Shown: positions 1 to 12,295, numbered from the stretch's first letter. The stretch: DNA of 64,000 nucleotides from Eledone cirrhosa (GCA_964016885.1 OZ024757.1:35836001-35900000), one strand, 5' to 3'. The notes: generated by a model not told the origin, from the letters alone. Program-made: numbers and translations.

Positions 1-325
1 ACTTGTTGTGATGTTGCTATTCCACTCATGTTTTCTGTTTAATTTTTGTTGCCTCTGTGATTTGTCTGAGCATTGCATCTTTTCTGTGTGTGGATATAAT
101 TTTTATCTCCATATTCTCTAATATGCCCCTATGTTCTATTTTGGCATGTTGGTGGAGTACTGATGATTTTTTTCCCATCCTGGAGTTCTCGCCAGTGTTC
201 ACTTATCTTTCCTCCTACGCTACGGGCTGTTTCAACTATGTATGCCATGTTCTTATTCCTACACTGTCCCTCAGTATATCTTTTACTATATACTACATTT
301 CTAGTTTTGCAAGCCAAGCCTGCAA
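1..325 (-). mobile_element. Penelope-like element GIY-YIG endonuclease relic (frameshifted)
   Basis: Minus translation ACKTRNVVY...C...AYIVETARSVGGKISEH fits the PLE GIY-YIG pattern (C.t.NVVY...YIGET.R.l..R..EH). After a frameshift it continues SSVLHQHAKIEH...KIIS...RQITEATKI. Confidence 0.7.
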
Positions 326-1007
326 AACTGGTATTATAATAAGATCTCTGTCAGTCCATCCATCACTCTCTCTATATATAGAGAGGGGGAGTGTCAAGCA
401 AGAGATGTATACATAGATAGAGAAAAGGGTGTTTTCGAGGTGACAGAAAGCGGTAGATAGATAGAAAGTTATGACGTCACCCTCATCTATATAGAGAGAG
501 GGGAGTGGCAAGCGAGACATATCTACATAGATCGAGAGAGAAAAGGCAACGTCATTGGTTTACAGAAAGTGTGTGACAGAAAGAGGGAGAAAAAGGCATC
601 ATCCTTATCTAGTATATATTTAATATGGCTTAGTAGTGAGCTTTGTTCCTCTGGAGTTTCACCTGCGAACTCACACGATGATCAGACGAGACTCTTAATT
701 CCTGTGAGGTATAGCAATGTTCTTTAATGAATGTGTAGTTGGATGTCTCTCCATTGTCAGAGTCAGGTCTCTGAGCATAGAGAGTGTTTCACCAGCTACA
801 AGTAGATGGGACGTGTCATTATATATACATATATGGCCTTGTTCTGTGTATGAACATAAATAATATAATATTTCTGCTCTCTTACCAATTAAGCTGTTTT
901 CCTTTTTCTTTTTCACATCTACGGATATTGCTACACACACATATATGCATATACTGTAAACATAGTTGGTTTTGGGAAGGGCATTAAATGGTGATGATGA
1001 GATATAT

Positions 1008-1185
1008 AATTGTTTCTACTTTTGGCACAAGGCCAGCAATTACCCAGTACATGACTGATACTTTATTTTATCGCCTCCTTAAGGATGAAAGGCAAAGTTA
1101 AGCTCAGCGGGATTTGAACTCAGGCCGTAAAGGGACGTAACTATGCTGGAAAGCATGGCGTCCGACTCTCTACCAATACTGCCAA
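1008..1185 (-). mobile_element. tRNA-derived SINE, family B
   Basis: Reverse complement of the ctgagttcaaatccc...ctttgcctttcatcct...gataaaataaagtaccagt...ggccttgtgcc(c/t)aaagtagaaac element seen at 26824, 47020, 55320 and 56573. Confidence 0.8.
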
Positions 1186-1409
1186 GATGTATATAATGTT
1201 ACATAATCAGATGCTGTAGCTATAGTTAGTAAATATGTAGACTTTACATAAGGTTGTATGATGTAATTTTAATAGCAAATTAATTCTGATAAACTCCTCT
1301 ATTTCCTGTATATTAAGCGACAACAATGATTACTTTAAATATATCTGTTTAGATGTTGAATATCTAGTGTTTATCAATATTGAAATGTAGTAAAATTTCC
1401 AATGTTGAA

Positions 1410-1765
1410 TCTCCCCAAAGATTCTTTGGAGTAACATTATTCAATAGAGTTTGTAGCTCAAAGATCAGAGAGTCACTCTAGCTAGAACCACTGATTCTCC
1501 AAATTGAGGGATCACAGTTCCAATACTATGGGCATGTGGTTAGAATGTCTCAGGAAAGAATTGCTGGACAGATTTTATGGGCAAAACCAATCGGCAAGAG
1601 CCTCATGGGTAGACCTCAAGCAAGATGGTTGGATAACATCTATGAGAGGGGCTGGTCTCACTTGGGAATCAATTGGAGATGGTTGCTTCTGACAGGACCC
1701 ACTGGAGGGAGTGTTTCAAGACTTAACCCCAACAACCTTCCTAGGAATAAGTGAAAGAAGAAGAA
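1410..1765 (+). mobile_element. RTE LINE family 2, 3' fragment
   Basis: YYGHVVRMSQERIAGQILWAKP..GRPQARWLDNI followed by a (gaa)n tail; matches 58400-58720. Confidence 0.8.
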
Positions 1766-1794
1766 AAATTTCTACTTTTTAATTATCCTCTATA

Positions 1795-1865
1795 TCGGGC
1801 GTGCAATAGGCGGCCCATGGGCCACAATCCAGCCCTCCAGACCAGTCAGAGTGGCCCGTGATTAC
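1795..1865 (+). mobile_element. hAT/Charlie-type terminal fragment
   Basis: ggcggcccatgggccacaatccagccc...gtggcccg subterminal motifs, similar to 29536 and 58900. Confidence 0.45.
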
Positions 1866-2755
1866 TGTTTTTAATTTTTACCCTGTAGGCATATTTAGAA
1901 TTTTTTTCTTAACCGTAATACAATTTTCTGTTAGTTGACCTATACTAAAGGGCCTCACTGATAGGGTTATGTGTGTTATAATTTCCCAGTTTCATAGTTG
2001 TTCCAATGTTCAAACGTGGCCTGCCAATGGAATATGTTGCACACTCCTGCTCTATATCTTACACTGTTTCTTTATTATTTCAGAATATCTGATGACATTG
2101 GCATATACAAATTTGTTTATCTCAGACCCATGGTCAATATTTATCTTTTAAAAACTGAAGGAAGATGTTATACAGAACAGATATAACCCTGTTTATATAC
2201 TGTATATACTTTAATATAACCCCCCCCCCCTCCATTTTATGTCTTAAAAATGGGAAAAATCCAAACCTCATTTATAAACAGAGGTAGTCAATCAACACTT
2301 GTTTAGATAGCATAGCAAATATAAGCTGACTTCTCCCCCCTTAAGAGGAAAGCAATGCATGCAATCAAATGCAAACATATGACCTGGTATGGCAAACCGT
2401 TTTACCATTGATTTTTTTTGGTCACAGAATCCATATTTGGTAAATCTAGAATGTTTCTCTCTAATTTCAGAATATCAGATAACATTGGAATTAACAAATT
2501 ATCGTTCTTTTTATTTCAGAAGCATCACCAGTATTTACCAGCTTTTAAAAACTAAAGGTAGAGGCTATACAGAAATTTATATATCTATGTTGGAATTACT
2601 AGGAAATATTTCCTCTCAACTGGGATTGCATTCTAATTAAACTTGGACAAATTTACAAAGAAATCTGATGCAATTACAGATATCAACAAAGATCAGAGTT
2701 GATGGAAATATAACAGTGCAAATATTTGTTAGAAATATATCTTATCAGAAGTATT

Positions 2756-3988
2756 ATGGAAAATGAATTCTGTGAGAACCAAGTTAAAATTAAAATAGAA
2801 TCTGAAAGAATTGGTTTTCCTGGTGAGGTGCTGAAAGACATAGGAAAACGATCATATCACTGTGATATCTGTGGTAAATCATTCTCGCAGAGAGGCAGCC
2901 TCACTAGACACAAGAATGTTCATACGGGAGAGAAACCATATCACTGTGATATCTGTAATAAATCATTCTCTGAAGGAAGTATCTTAACTAAACACAAACG
3001 TATTCATACTGGAGAGAAGCCATATCACTGTGATATCTGTGGCGAATCATTCTCTCAAAAAGGCAACCTAACTAGACACAAGAATGTTCATACAGGAGAC
3101 AGACCATATCATTGTGATTTCTGTGGTAAATCATTTCCTGAAGGAAGTGTCTTGACTAAACACAAACGAATTCATACTGGAGAGAAACCATATCACTGTG
3201 ATATTTGTGGTAAATCATTCAATGGAAGTAGTGACTTAACTACACATATACGTATACATACAGGAGAGAAGCCATATCATTGTGACATCTGTGGTAAATC
3301 ATTCTCTCATAGAAATGCCTTAACTATACACAGACGCATTCATACAGGAGAGAAACCATATCACTGTGATATTTGTGGGAAATCATTCTCTGGAAGCAGT
3401 GACTTAACTACTCACATACGTATTCATACTGGAGAGAAGCCATATCACTGTAGCATCTGTGGTAAATCATTCTCTGGGAGTAGTCACTTAACTGCTCACA
3501 AACGCATTCATACAGGAGAGAAGCCATATCATTGTGATGTCTGTAGCAAATCATTCTCTGCAAATAGTCAATTAACTATACACAAACGTATACATACAGG
3601 AGAGAAGCCATATCTTTGTGATGTCTGTGGTAAATCATTCTCTGCAAGTGGTGAATTGACAGTACACAGACACATACATACGGGAGAGAAGCTTTATCAC
3701 TGTGATATCTGTGGGAAATCCTTATCAGATCCAGGTAACTTCACTAAACATAAGCGTATTCATACAGGAGAGAAGGCATATCACTGCAATTTCTGTAGTA
3801 AATTATTCTCTGAAGCAAGTCACTTAGCTAAACACAAACGTATTCATACAGGAGAGAAGCCATATCACTGTGATATCTGTGGTAAATCATTCTCTAAAAG
3901 TAGTAATTTAACTAGACACAAACGCATTCATATCAGAGAAAAACCCTATCACTGTGATGTTTGCAGTGAATCTCTCTCACAGAGTTAA
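2756..3988 (+). CDS. C2H2 zinc-finger protein: 13 complete tandem fingers plus a truncated 14th, no recognisable effector domain
   Basis: ATG at 2756 in the 420-aa ORF; repeated [10 protein letters not shown]...[10 protein letters not shown] units; short N-terminal leader [15 protein letters not shown]; single coding exon. Confidence 0.95.
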   Translation: MENEFCENQVKIKIESERIGFPGEVLKDIGKRSYHCDICGKSFSQRGSLTRHKNVHTGEKPYHCDICNKSFSEGSILTKHKRIHTGEKPYHCDICGESFSQKGNLTRHKNVHTGDRPYHCDFCGKSFPEGSVLTKHKRIHTGEKPYHCDICGKSFNGSSDLTTHIRIHTGEKPYHCDICGKSFSHRNALTIHRRIHTGEKPYHCDICGKSFSGSSDLTTHIRIHTGEKPYHCSICGKSFSGSSHLTAHKRIHTGEKPYHCDVCSKSFSANSQLTIHKRIHTGEKPYLCDVCGKSFSASGELTVHRHIHTGEKLYHCDICGKSLSDPGNFTKHKRIHTGEKAYHCNFCSKLFSEASHLAKHKRIHTGEKPYHCDICGKSFSKSSNLTRHKRIHIREKPYHCDVCSESLSQS

Positions 3989-4563
3989 CTAGACATGAGA
4001 ATATTTATTCAGGAGAAAATCTATTTCACCGATGTCTGTGTTAAATCAAGTCATTTAACTACACATTTATTTATACAGTATAATATCAGTATCAATGTCA
4101 GATGTCATTCTTGGAAGTAGGTGTTTGATATAACCATACATCAGAGAGAAGTATAACTATGTGGTAGCAACATTGTAGGGTAAAGATGTCTGCCCCTTGG
4201 TCGTGAATGACCATGAGCACCTGGAAAATTCCCTATAAACATTAATTTATTATATGTTGTATACTCTAGTATATATATCCCATCCAGAGAATGATTTCTG
4301 TTACTGGTATTACTGTATTACGTGTTCCAGCCATGCTGAGGCACCGCCATTGTTATATGCAGTTAGATATGTTCTATATAATTACGTTTCCTTCATGCTT
4401 CAACTGACTTCTCCTTGTTTCAGTGTAAATTTAACTTTATATATTTGCCAAGAAATTGCTCTAGTTTGTGATTCATACAAGATATTTTCTCAATATTTTG
4501 TTTTCTCATCTTTGAGCCCCAGAATCTTGAGCTCTGATCTCATTACTTTTTGTAAATATTTGT

Positions 4564-4569
4564 AATAAA
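4564..4569 (+). promoter_or_regulatory. putative polyadenylation signal of the ZNF gene
   Basis: AATAAA about 575 nt after the stop codon, followed by T-rich sequence. Confidence 0.35.
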
Positions 4570-4654
4570 CTGCAAGTTATATAAAGCTGATTTACTCTTA
4601 AATTATTCTCTCATTTTATATTTGTACCATCATCATCATCATCGTCATTTATAA

Positions 4655-5180
4655 GCAAAACCAGCTGGCAGGAGACCCAGGGGTTGACACCAAGCAAGAT
4701 GGTTGGATAACATCCATGAGCTTGGCTGGTCTGAATTGGGGATCCAGCCAGATCAATTGCAGACGGTTGCTCTGACATGACCTTCTGGATGGCGTGCTTG
4801 AGGACTCTGCCCCCCACAACCGTCTCAGGAATAAATGGGTAAAAAAGATCCTCAACATCATCACTGATTTACACAGACAATAGAGATGACATCTGACTTT
4901 ACAAGAAGTGTCTGTTTCAGGGATGAAACTCCAGTAACAACACTCTTCACTTAGCCATAATATATGTATATCAGATGCAGCGTGCAGGAGAGGAGATTGC
5001 GTTGGTATGGACATGTGATGAATATGAAGGATGACAGCTGTATAAAAAGGTGCAGAGCACTCAAAGTCGATGGGAGCCTTGGAGTGGGGAAACCTGGGAC
5101 GAGGTGATAAAAGCTGACCTTGCCAAATTACACCTGTCCATATGACACAGGACCAAGATCTCTGGCGCTACGCAGTAATA
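4655..5180 (+). mobile_element. two decayed RTE 3' fragments (family 2 at 4655-4840, family 1-like at 4960-5180)
   Basis: gcaagatggttggataacatcc matches 1620 and 58570; RRLRWYGHVMNMKDDSCIKRCR-like segment matches 34220. Confidence 0.7.
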
Positions 5181-5639
5181 CAGTGTGCTGCGAAATTTTG
5201 AACAGCACACTAAGAAAATGCGGAAGAAAGTTCATAGCTGTGCTTTTCTTTAGTTTGAGTCATTCTGTGTCTATGACGAGTATGCTGTCTATGACTTGCC
5301 ATGTTTTTATTTTGTAAAATTCAAATATTTTTCATACATATTTAGCAACCACTGATATATATAGAGAGAGTGTAATGATTCAAGTACGAGAGAGAGTATT
5401 TGTGCGTCGTCTTGACTGACATATCTACTTGTCATGCGCATATTGAAACGGATATGGAATTGAAGTTATCATACATAATAAAATTTGAGTTATGTTAAAC
5501 ACTATAATCGAAATCCATCTATACAACGTTATATTTAAAATCGAACATAAACTTATCGAAAATCAGACATATTTATCTACAGTATTAAATTTATATATGT
5601 ATTTGTAATTACTCTCTATCCGTCAATACACTTTATTAC

Positions 5640-5760
5640 TTTCAATGACTTCCTGTTGACATGGTGGTTTGTTTTTGTGTGCAGTCATTGTGAGTTACGT
5701 CCCTTGGTAAGTCTATTTCTCCGACTACATTCTGTACAAACGGAAAGTGTAACTAGATAA
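5640..5760 (+). promoter_or_regulatory. possible promoter / non-coding first exon
   Basis: Locally CpG-enriched unique DNA with ETS-like ACTTCCTG, a GACTACA motif and a strong donor-like TTG|GTAAGT at about 5706. Confidence 0.25.
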
Positions 5761-5973
5761 AGTTGTTCGACTATTGTCAGCACACTTCTAAATCTATATG
5801 TATATAGTTTGTTTCTGGAATTCATTTCAGTTATTATTCAGTAAGGTAGTGTGTAATACGGTATTACACTGGCTTAGGTGCACAAACCATCTTGTGATTG
5901 TATATATATAGATATATATACAACTTATTCAGAATAATAATAAATGAAGACATTCACCTAATCAAAATATATG

Positions 5974-6036
5974 TTTTATTATATATATTTCGAAGGTATT
6001 GTGCTGTTTTTTTCAGTACGTCCTCGTCAGGTAAAA
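5974..6036 (-). ncRNA. type I hammerhead ribozyme motif, family A (stem I first pair mismatched)
   Basis: Reverse complement: TTTTAC CTGACGA GGACGTACTG..CAATACCTTC GAAA TATATA TA ATAAAA. Confidence 0.65.
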
Positions 6037-6117
6037 TACATGAATTGATGTATGACATACCTCAACTGTCTTGATAGTTCAATTCCAGTATTGACTGCCA
6101 ATACTGGCAATCATGTA

Positions 6118-6179
6118 TTTTATCTGACGAGGACGTACTGAAAAAACAGCACAGTACCTTCGAAATATATATAATAAAA
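6118..6179 (+). ncRNA. type I hammerhead ribozyme motif, family A
   Basis: TTTTAT CTGACGA GGA-C-GTACTG(loop)CAGTAC-C-TTC GAAA TATATA TA^ ATAAAA. 6-bp stem I, long stem II, palindromic minimal stem III, AUA cleavage triplet. Confidence 0.8.
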
Positions 6180-6383
6180 CATATATTTTGATTATGTGAA
6201 TGTCTTCCTTGATTATTATTATGAATAATAATAACTCCAGAAAACTTATTTGTAGAGTGCTTTTAATCTATTGTAAAACTATATTCATTGAGTAATCAAT
6301 GAACCATATTAATCTTTGGTTATATATATATATTATTCAAAATATTAATAAATGAAAAATATTCTCATAACCAAAATATATAA

Positions 6384-6440
6384 TTTATTATACATATTTC
6401 AAAGGTATAATGGTGTTTCAGTACATTTTCATCAGATAAA
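6384..6440 (-). ncRNA. type I hammerhead ribozyme motif, family A (diverged)
   Basis: Reverse complement: TTTAT CTGATGA AAA-T-GTA..TAC-C-TTT GAAA TATGTA TA ATAAA. Confidence 0.65.
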
Positions 6441-6504
6441 ACATATGAGAGATTGGATATGCGACATACCGCTACGGTTTTGATTATTCAATTCCTGTAG
6501 TGGT

Positions 6505-6535
<31 letters not shown>

Positions 6536-6589
6536 AGTTGTAGTTCCTGTTTGTTTGTTTGTTCACGAACTCCTATTGTTTTGGAGATA

Positions 6590-7132
6590 GACCCCCAAAG
6601 TTTTTAACCATCTCGCCAATTGCAACCCTGAGCGCCTCTTTGATCTCCATGTGTCTAACACACGTGGACATGCCTACAAGATCAGAAAACAGCACAGCTC
6701 CCATGACTTTCGTAGACATTTTTTCACGCTCAGAGTTGCTGAAGCATGGAACAAACTGTCTGCGTCAATTGTTAGCTGCCGAGACACTGCATCCTTTAAG
6801 ACACTCATGCTTCCCGAAATACGCCAAAACTACACCTGATGTACCCCTTCCATACACATGCACACATGTGTGTATCATGACTCGTGCACTGTTCATTTTA
6901 CTGATGTTTGTGCATTGCCCTATGTACTGTACATGCACTTTTTTGATGAGTTGTGGTGCACCTGGGCACTGTACACAATATTTCATTATTGTTATTATTA
7001 TTATATCATGACTCATACACTGTTCATTTTCTTGTCATTTGTACATTATTCTATGTACTATACATGCACCTTTGATGAGTTGTAGTGCACCTGAGCACTG
7101 TACACAATAATTTCATTATTATTATTATTATT
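6590..7132 (+). mobile_element. CR1-clade LINE 3' end with internally duplicated 3' UTR
   Basis: SNTRGHAYKI...RRHFFTLRVAEAWNKL is the CR1 C-terminal motif; the 3' UTR segment occurs twice and ends in (att)n. Confidence 0.8.
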
Positions 7133-7139
7133 GTGAAAC

Positions 7140-7663
7140 TACATTGCCCAGGGTACTTGGATAATTATATTTCATTTTCATCAAAGGGTTCCCCGGGGGC
7201 ACAAACCCCTGCTGAAAATATTTTCCATTCGATTTATATGAAATTTAAACCATAGGTAAATGGCAAGATATGATGCCTATTCACAAAATTTCAACAAATT
7301 TCAATAATATGAAGACACCCTAATGGGGGTTAAACCCCATATAGTGAAAATTTTGGAAGCCCATAACTAATGCTTTTACACAAAAATGAAATGATCAAGT
7401 TTTGAATTGATATTTTGAAAAAAATGATTTACAAGACACAAAATAAGAATAAGATTTAATAATGTAATTTTGATTTGATATATTACAAAAAATAATGTTT
7501 TCCAATTTTTCATGCATTACATTTTACATTGAGTAATATTAAAATACAGAGTTTTACTCCATAAATTATATCACTGATTTAAAATCAATCATCATTTTCT
7601 TACAAAAAAAAAAAAAAAAAAAAAATGTGTGAAATGCAGCAAGGCGTGGGTAATTTGTCTAGT
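7140..7663 (+). mobile_element. possible non-autonomous Helitron-like element
   Basis: Ends in gcaaggcgtgggtaatttgtCTAG|t; internal short hairpins such as ggggttaaacccc. Confidence 0.35.
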
Positions 7664-7874
7664 ATATATATATATATATATAGAAGTAGTAACACAACAG
7701 TTAGTTCACCCTTGCTACACTGATCAGTAGGACACAGTTTCATCATACAGTCGATGGTGGTGGGAAGCAGAGCGAGGCAAGTGGGGAAGCGTTAGAGAGA
7801 GAGATAGACAGAGAGGGGAGAGACAGGGAGAGGGGGGAAAGGGAACCTATTTTGATAAACCTTACAATAGGAAT

Positions 7875-8357
7875 TTACCATCATTACATTTAATTACCAA
7901 TCACCACCACCATCATCACCACCATCACCATCATAATCACCACCAGTTCCACCATCACCACCAGTATCACCATCACCACCATCATCACTACCACCATCAC
8001 CACCACCACCAGCTCCACCATCACCACCATCACCACCACCATCACTACAACCATCACCACAAGCATCACCACCACCATAATCACCACCAACACCACCACC
8101 ATCATCACCATAACCACCATAATCACCACCACCACCATCACCATCACCACCACCATCATCATCACCATCAGCACCATCACCATCACCACCATCATCACCA
8201 CCACTATAATCACCACCGCCATCATCATCACCACCATCACTATCATCATTACCACCATCACCACCATCATCATCACCATCACCACCATCATCACCACCAC
8301 CACCACCATCGCTATCATCACCATCACCACCACCACCATCACCACCATCATCACCCA
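7875..8357. repeat. (CAC/CAT)n trinucleotide microsatellite
   Basis: Seen directly in the sequence. Confidence 0.95.
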
Positions 8358-8659
8358 GTCCCTGTAAGCCTTACATGCTGGGAATGACATGTTGAGCTTC
8401 CAGTAACAAGAGGGAGAGACAAAAAGTTATTACCTATTATAATTGGGATAACTTTTGGGCAATTCTAAATTCTCTGTATTTCATACTTCAGATTTCAGGT
8501 GTTGTCTCCCCCTCCACTATCAAATGAACAAGTAACATCAATTAGTCAATATACTCTTTCTTTTTATTGACTATAGCAAAATCATTCATTTACCATCCAT
8601 TGTCTGTGCTAGCATTATATGACGAGTCAGGTCTAGAGACCACATCTTATTCATACAGA

Positions 8660-8975
8660 TCTGTATTTTGGCTTAATTTCTATGGTTAGATGCCCTTCCT
8701 AACACCAACCACCTTACAGAGTGGACTGGGTGCGTTGTTGTGGCACTGAAATGACCACCTTAAAGAGTGGACTGGGTACGTTATTGTGGCACTGAAATGA
8801 CCACCTTAAAGAGTGGACTGGGTGCATTGTTGTGGCAGTGAAATGATCACCTTACAGAGTGGACTGGGTGCATTGTTGTGGCACTGAAATGACCACCTTA
8901 CAGAGTGGACTGGGTGCGTTGTTGTGGCACTGAAATGATTATATTACAGAGTGGACTGGGTATGTTGTTGTGGCA
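8660..8975 (-). repeat. 46-bp tandem repeat (~5.5 copies) derived from the RTE/SINE 3' tail
   Basis: Unit ccaccttacagagtggactgggtgcgttgttgtggcactgaaatga follows gatgcccttcctaacaccaacc. Confidence 0.85.
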
Positions 8976-9294
8976 TTGGCTTTGAAATTTTATGTCCCAT
9001 AATACTTTTGTGAAGAAGTGTGGCTTAATGGTTATACAACTGGATTCATAATCATGAAGTTATGAGTTCGATTCCCAGACTGAGCAGTGCATTATGTCTT
9101 TGAGCAAGACACTTTATTTCACATTGCTCTTTCTGCCAAGAGTTGCGACCAGAAGATAGTATCAGCAATGGAAAGACCAATGAAAAACAATGTTTCATTA
9201 GTCAAATTTGACAAGTTCTACTCCACTTAGTAAATGAATAAGGTCTAGGATCTTGTCAATTGTTCTAAAAAACAAACGAACAAAAAATCTTACA

Positions 9295-9520
9295 TAACCC
9301 TTTAATGTTCAAACCAGCCAAAACCGGCCAGAATTCTCTACCTCTTTCTGTTGAAACTGGCTGCAACCGGTCGCTCAAACTGATATTAAGGTATTGTTCT
9401 CAAAATAAATACTTTTAAAATCTCGTAGATTCGATATTATGTGACATAATTATGTGAGGTAAAGCCTTTACCATGAACATATAATAGTATATATAGAGTA
9501 ATGTGAATGCTAAAAGGTTA
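9295..9520. mobile_element. piggyBac-type MITE (second copy inverted at 51131-51346)
   Basis: taaccctttaatgtt ... aatgctaaaaggttaa termini with TTAA-like flanks; internal ccagaattctct and aaaatctcgtagattcgata shared with the 51131 copy. Confidence 0.65.
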
Positions 9521-10014
9521 AGATCATGTTAACTTTGTCATGTCACCAACTTTTTATATTTTTGAGCAAGGATCCTACAATTAGAAACACATTCACTGCC
9601 ATGTCTTCTCTTTCACCACAAAATTGATGGCCTTGTGCCTAAATTAGAAATTATTTAACAACACGAAAATATAATTCACAGATTTTGCTATTTCACCCTT
9701 CATTTAGTCTGAACTGGGTGCCACGATAAAAACCACCCAGCCCACACAGTACATGTGGTTGGTGTTAGGAAGAGCATCCAGCTGTAGAGACCAAACCAGA
9801 AACAGTTCTGTATGAGCAAGACATGGTCATCTGATCTGACTTGTCACACAACGGGACAACTCATCTAATCCATGCTCGTGTGTAAAAAATGGATATATTT
9901 TTAGCAAGAGAGGGTGTTTATAATTTATAAACTCGAGTTAAATCTACATTAAATTTATCTAAGATTTTCTAATATACGTCGAGTTGTGGATAAAAGTATA
10001 TTATATATGTTGGA

Positions 10015-10175
10015 AAACATAGTCGCCGCATTCCAGATAACTATAATAATAGTTGACAACTTTAGATAACTGAAGAATAAATATGAATGAATACTTTACC
10101 CAATTTCATCAAATATTTATTTATTTATAGGTATTTACTATTATAGTTATTTGCACGGTGGCGAATATATTTTTA
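10015..10175. mobile_element. MITE with ~38-bp imperfect TIRs
   Basis: aaaacatagtcgccgcattccagataactataataata vs the reverse complement of tactattatagttatttgcacggtggcgaatatatttt. Confidence 0.55.
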
Positions 10176-10614
10176 AATTTTGTTGTTTTTTAAAGTTTTA
10201 TTTTTTTAAATTTATTTATTTATTTTTTTTAAAAGAAATTAAATTCAATGTTGCTGGAATAGAATTTGTTAGAATTGGAACACTAATTAATTAATCAAAG
10301 ATCCCAGCTAATTAAAGTAAAACAAAGCATATAAGCAAAATGAATTTTATGAAATAAACCACCTTACACAATAATTGCTTTCAAATACAAACGTGAATTA
10401 CGGAATGAGTTTAATCTAATTCTGTTATTCCAAGTACTACTACATTTCAGTTCACACAGATTTGAAATCCTGTTTTATTTTCGAAATTTTTATTTATTCA
10501 TTATTTTTCCTGAGGAAAGAGAATATTATATATTCTCCACTACTACAGTAATTTTACTTCACATTAAATTATTTATCACTCCTGGGTAGTTTAAACAACC
10601 GTAAATCATATTTC

Positions 10615-10810
10615 TATTTCTCTCTCCGTTTCGTGAGGAGGAAAGAGCGAGGAAGAGATGAAATTGAGAAGGAAAGGAAGTGTGATGCATCCGCTTTTAC
10701 AGTTTCTGCGGTGCTGCACCTGGTCAGGTAACGGAATCTCCCCGGTTACGACACTCGACGTTTCATTAATGACCGAATTATTTTTCTCTTATTCCGCTTA
10801 CTGGGCCTGA
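10615..10810 (+). promoter_or_regulatory. putative Vav promoter / 5' region
   Basis: CpG-enriched island in AT-rich DNA with purine-rich ETS-like GAGGAA and AAGGAAGTG sites, about 550-700 bp upstream of the Vav ATG. Confidence 0.45.
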
Positions 10811-11066
10811 GAGGGAGAAATAGATGGAGAGAGAGAGACAGATAGAGAGAGAATCAGAAAGAAAATCAAAGTGTGAGGGAATAGAAAAAGTAGAAGGAAG
10901 AGGAATTAAATAAAAGGAAACAAGGAGAAAGAAAGGAAGAATAAAAAAATATAGAGTAGGAGGAAGGGATTAGAAGGAGAAAGACAAAGAGAGAGCTAAA
11001 GAATTAGTGAGAGAGTGAGAAAGAGGATTAGAGAAAGTATTGAAGAAGGAGGCGGAGGAGTAGAGT

Positions 11067-11099
<33 letters not shown>

Positions 11100-11339
11100 A
11101 ATATATAGAAATATATACTTTTCATTTATATATATATATATGTATATAAAGACAGAGAGAGAGAGTAGTATTTAAAATAGGAGTAGTAGGAGAAAAATAA
11201 AGAGATAGAGAGAGTGGTAGACAAATAGTAGGAGAAAGAGAGTAGTAGTGAAAATAGGAGTAGTAGTAGGAGAGGCACCCTCTCCCAAAAAACAAAATTA
11301 GGAGGAAGGGGAGGATGAAAGGGAGGCAGTTATTCCAAG

Positions 11340-11552
11340 ATGGCGGGTCAAGAAGATTGGTGTATGTGTGTCCAGTGGCTTGTCCGCTGTCAGGTTTTAC
11401 CAAAGGAACACAGGGCCAATTCACCGCAAGCCAAAATTTTCGACTTGGCACAAGCTCTTCGAGACGGAGTAATAATATGTCACCTGCTAAACCATTTGAA
11501 TCCGGCCTGTCTGGACTTAAAGGATTTCAGTCAAAGACCTCAGATGTCACAG
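11340..11552 (+). CDS. vav: Vav-family guanine nucleotide exchange factor, coding exon 1 (N-terminal CH domain)
   Basis: MAGQEDWCMCVQWLVRCQVLP...DLAQALRDGVIICHLLNHL...RPQMSQ matches the Vav N-terminus (LAQALRDGVLLCQLLNNL...RPQMSQ). Phase-0 donor CAG|GTTTGT right after MSQ, as in vertebrate VAV exon 1. Confidence 0.93.
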
Positions 11553-11599
11553 GTTTGTTACACAATATATATACACACACATACGTAAATATTATATAT

Positions 11600-11703
11600 A
11601 TATTTATTAAAATAACAGATTAAAGTTTAAGCAAAGAAGATCCCGCTAAGGGTGAAAGCAGCGATTCTTTGCTTAAACTTTAATCTGTTATTTTAATAAA
11701 TAT
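11600..11703. repeat. perfect 39-bp inverted repeat with 26-nt loop
   Basis: atatttattaaaataacagattaaagtttaagcaaagaa / ttctttgcttaaactttaatctgttattttaataaatat; related copies at 11856-11900 and 44941-45010. Confidence 0.9.
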
Positions 11704-11788
11704 TTGCTCTACGGTTCTTATATATTTGATATATATTTATCCTTATCGAGCACTCTTTGGATTTTAATATTCAAATTTATTATTATTG

Positions 11789-11822
<34 letters not shown>

Positions 11823-11893
11823 ATAATAATAATAATAATAATAATGTTTCAGAAATCTAAGCAACGATTCTTTGCTTAGACTTTAATCTGTTA

Positions 11894-11929
<36 letters not shown>

Positions 11930-12295
11930 ATGTATTTTATCTCATTCTTATGCATATACTTTATTAACGTATTGAGTGCCATTTTTAACTGTGTTCATCT
12001 CCCGATTTAGATCGGAAATCTACCTACAGACACACGTATAACTATGATCATATATATATATACATATATATATACCGACATCAATGATCATAGTTAACAT
12101 ATATCTGTATATCGTTATTAGTTAACATGGTAATGTACGTATATGTATATATATAGAGAGATTGTTATACTTTGGGAGGGTCATGTGTGTGTTTTTATGT
12201 GCACATCTACATCTCATTATTGGTACCCCTCCCCCTCCATCATCAATTAACATTGTCATCCTTCTATTTCAACACACCTCCCGTGTGTGCCTGTG

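Larger units (their letters stand above)
5925..6228. repeat. long inverted repeat (~120-bp arms), Penelope pLTR-like palindrome
   Basis: 5925-6043 is the near-perfect reverse complement of 6111-6228; flanked by (TA)n; each arm holds a hammerhead motif. Confidence 0.9.

Noticed and set aside
7890-8390. 166-aa M/V-rich ORF, and similar ORFs at 32954, 36161 and 55656
   Set aside because: These are simple-repeat or minisatellite translations.
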